The notes under the pieces: model-generated | The model's database searches: none | Seen by the model: only the letters and a program-made list of their open reading frames with translations | Told to the model about the DNA's origin: nothing | Translations under genes and position numbers: made by a program | In this document: one piece after another, positions 63,244 to 64,000 of the stretch | How the letters are laid out: every line of letters begins with the position of its first letter | Position numbering within the stretch: the first letter of the stretch is position 1 | From: Octopus sinensis | Lineage: Eukaryota | DNA: 64,000 nt | Reading direction: 5' to 3' | NCBI RefSeq assembly: GCF_006345805.1 | Contig: NC_043002.1 | Location: 3,658,001-3,722,000, forward strand

Positions 63244-63375
63244 GCGTGGAAGGTGTTTTGTAAGCCATTTAAGAAACACACAAAAGCCGTTCGATTCACT
63301 TCAACATTTAAGTTTAATTTATCAAAATATTTTCGTCGCTTTGAGACCGCGACCTCTTCACTGACAAAAATCCGT
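63244..63375 (-). mobile_element. Interspersed repeat with hammerhead-like fold (possibly Penelope-related)
   Basis: Second, rearranged copy at 36004-36139; minus strand folds as stem I / GTGAAGA / stem II / GAAA / palindrome. Confidence 0.6.
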
Positions 63376-64000
63376 GACAAAACCGACCCCCCCCCCACAA
63401 AAAAACCCACAGATATCCAAGACCGAGGGTTCATATATTGAGAAAAAGAAGAAAAAATCAAGGCCAGCTCTCAGACCCCTAAAGTGTTTTATTCAGCATC
63501 CCTTTTATAAAGATAATTAGGGTTCAGTAGTCACAGACTACATATATAATCTTTATCTTTCATATTTTAAAAAGTGGCTCCGTTCTGAAATTCTTTTGAA
63601 AGTAAAAGTATTTGTACAGACATTTATTGTATCAGCTACACACCATTCTACCATTCTCGGTAAAATGACTTGTATTATTATTATTATTATTAAATCAGTA
63701 GAAATCACCGAAAAGAAAGGAAAAAAAAAAACTGAGAGACTACAAATCTTTTAACAATAGTCTTCAATTACGACTGAGAAAACCCTTCTCCTCAGCTGTT
63801 CTTCTAATCCCTAAAAGCTTATATTGGTATACAAGATTTTAATCTGATGTTGCCGGACGGTTTATAATCCGTAACAAATCTATCCACCTAAATCCACTTT
63901 TCTTTTTGTACCCCTTTTTTCAAAAGTTAGAACCTCATGAGAAAATAATCGTGACACACACACACACACACAATCTCTTCGATGGGTTTCGGTGGTGTAA

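Overview
AT-rich, repeat-dense animal genomic DNA, most likely Octopus or a related coleoid cephalopod. This is inferred from the repeat families and the protein sequence and was not tested against a database. The right half carries one clearly recognisable gene on the minus strand, PDCD6IP/ALIX (BRO1 domain, V domain, proline-rich tail). I reconstructed 17 coding exons by hand from 58496 down to the stop at 32485; all have GT..AG junctions and compatible phases (2548 nt, about 848 aa). The first coding exon was not found and probably lies beyond base 64000. The left 30 kb has no identifiable gene. It is a mosaic of RTE, CR1 and R4/Dong-like LINE fragments, tRNA-derived SINEs, TTAA-CCC (piggyBac-type) and TA (Tc1/mariner-type) MITEs, a decayed maT-like transposase, three in-frame minisatellites and long microsatellites. 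The most interesting signals are: (1) two unrelated repeat families that each carry a minimal type-I hammerhead-ribozyme-like fold, one of them on a tRNA-headed SINE arranged as a head-to-head palindrome in an ALIX intron; (2) candidate frame-preserving ALIX cassette exons, including a 15-nt UGC-preceded microexon; (3) inverted LINE fragments tightly bracketing two ALIX exons (circRNA/ADAR candidate); (4) a perfect 116-bp-arm foldback element. Repeat boundaries are approximate unless a TSD is quoted.
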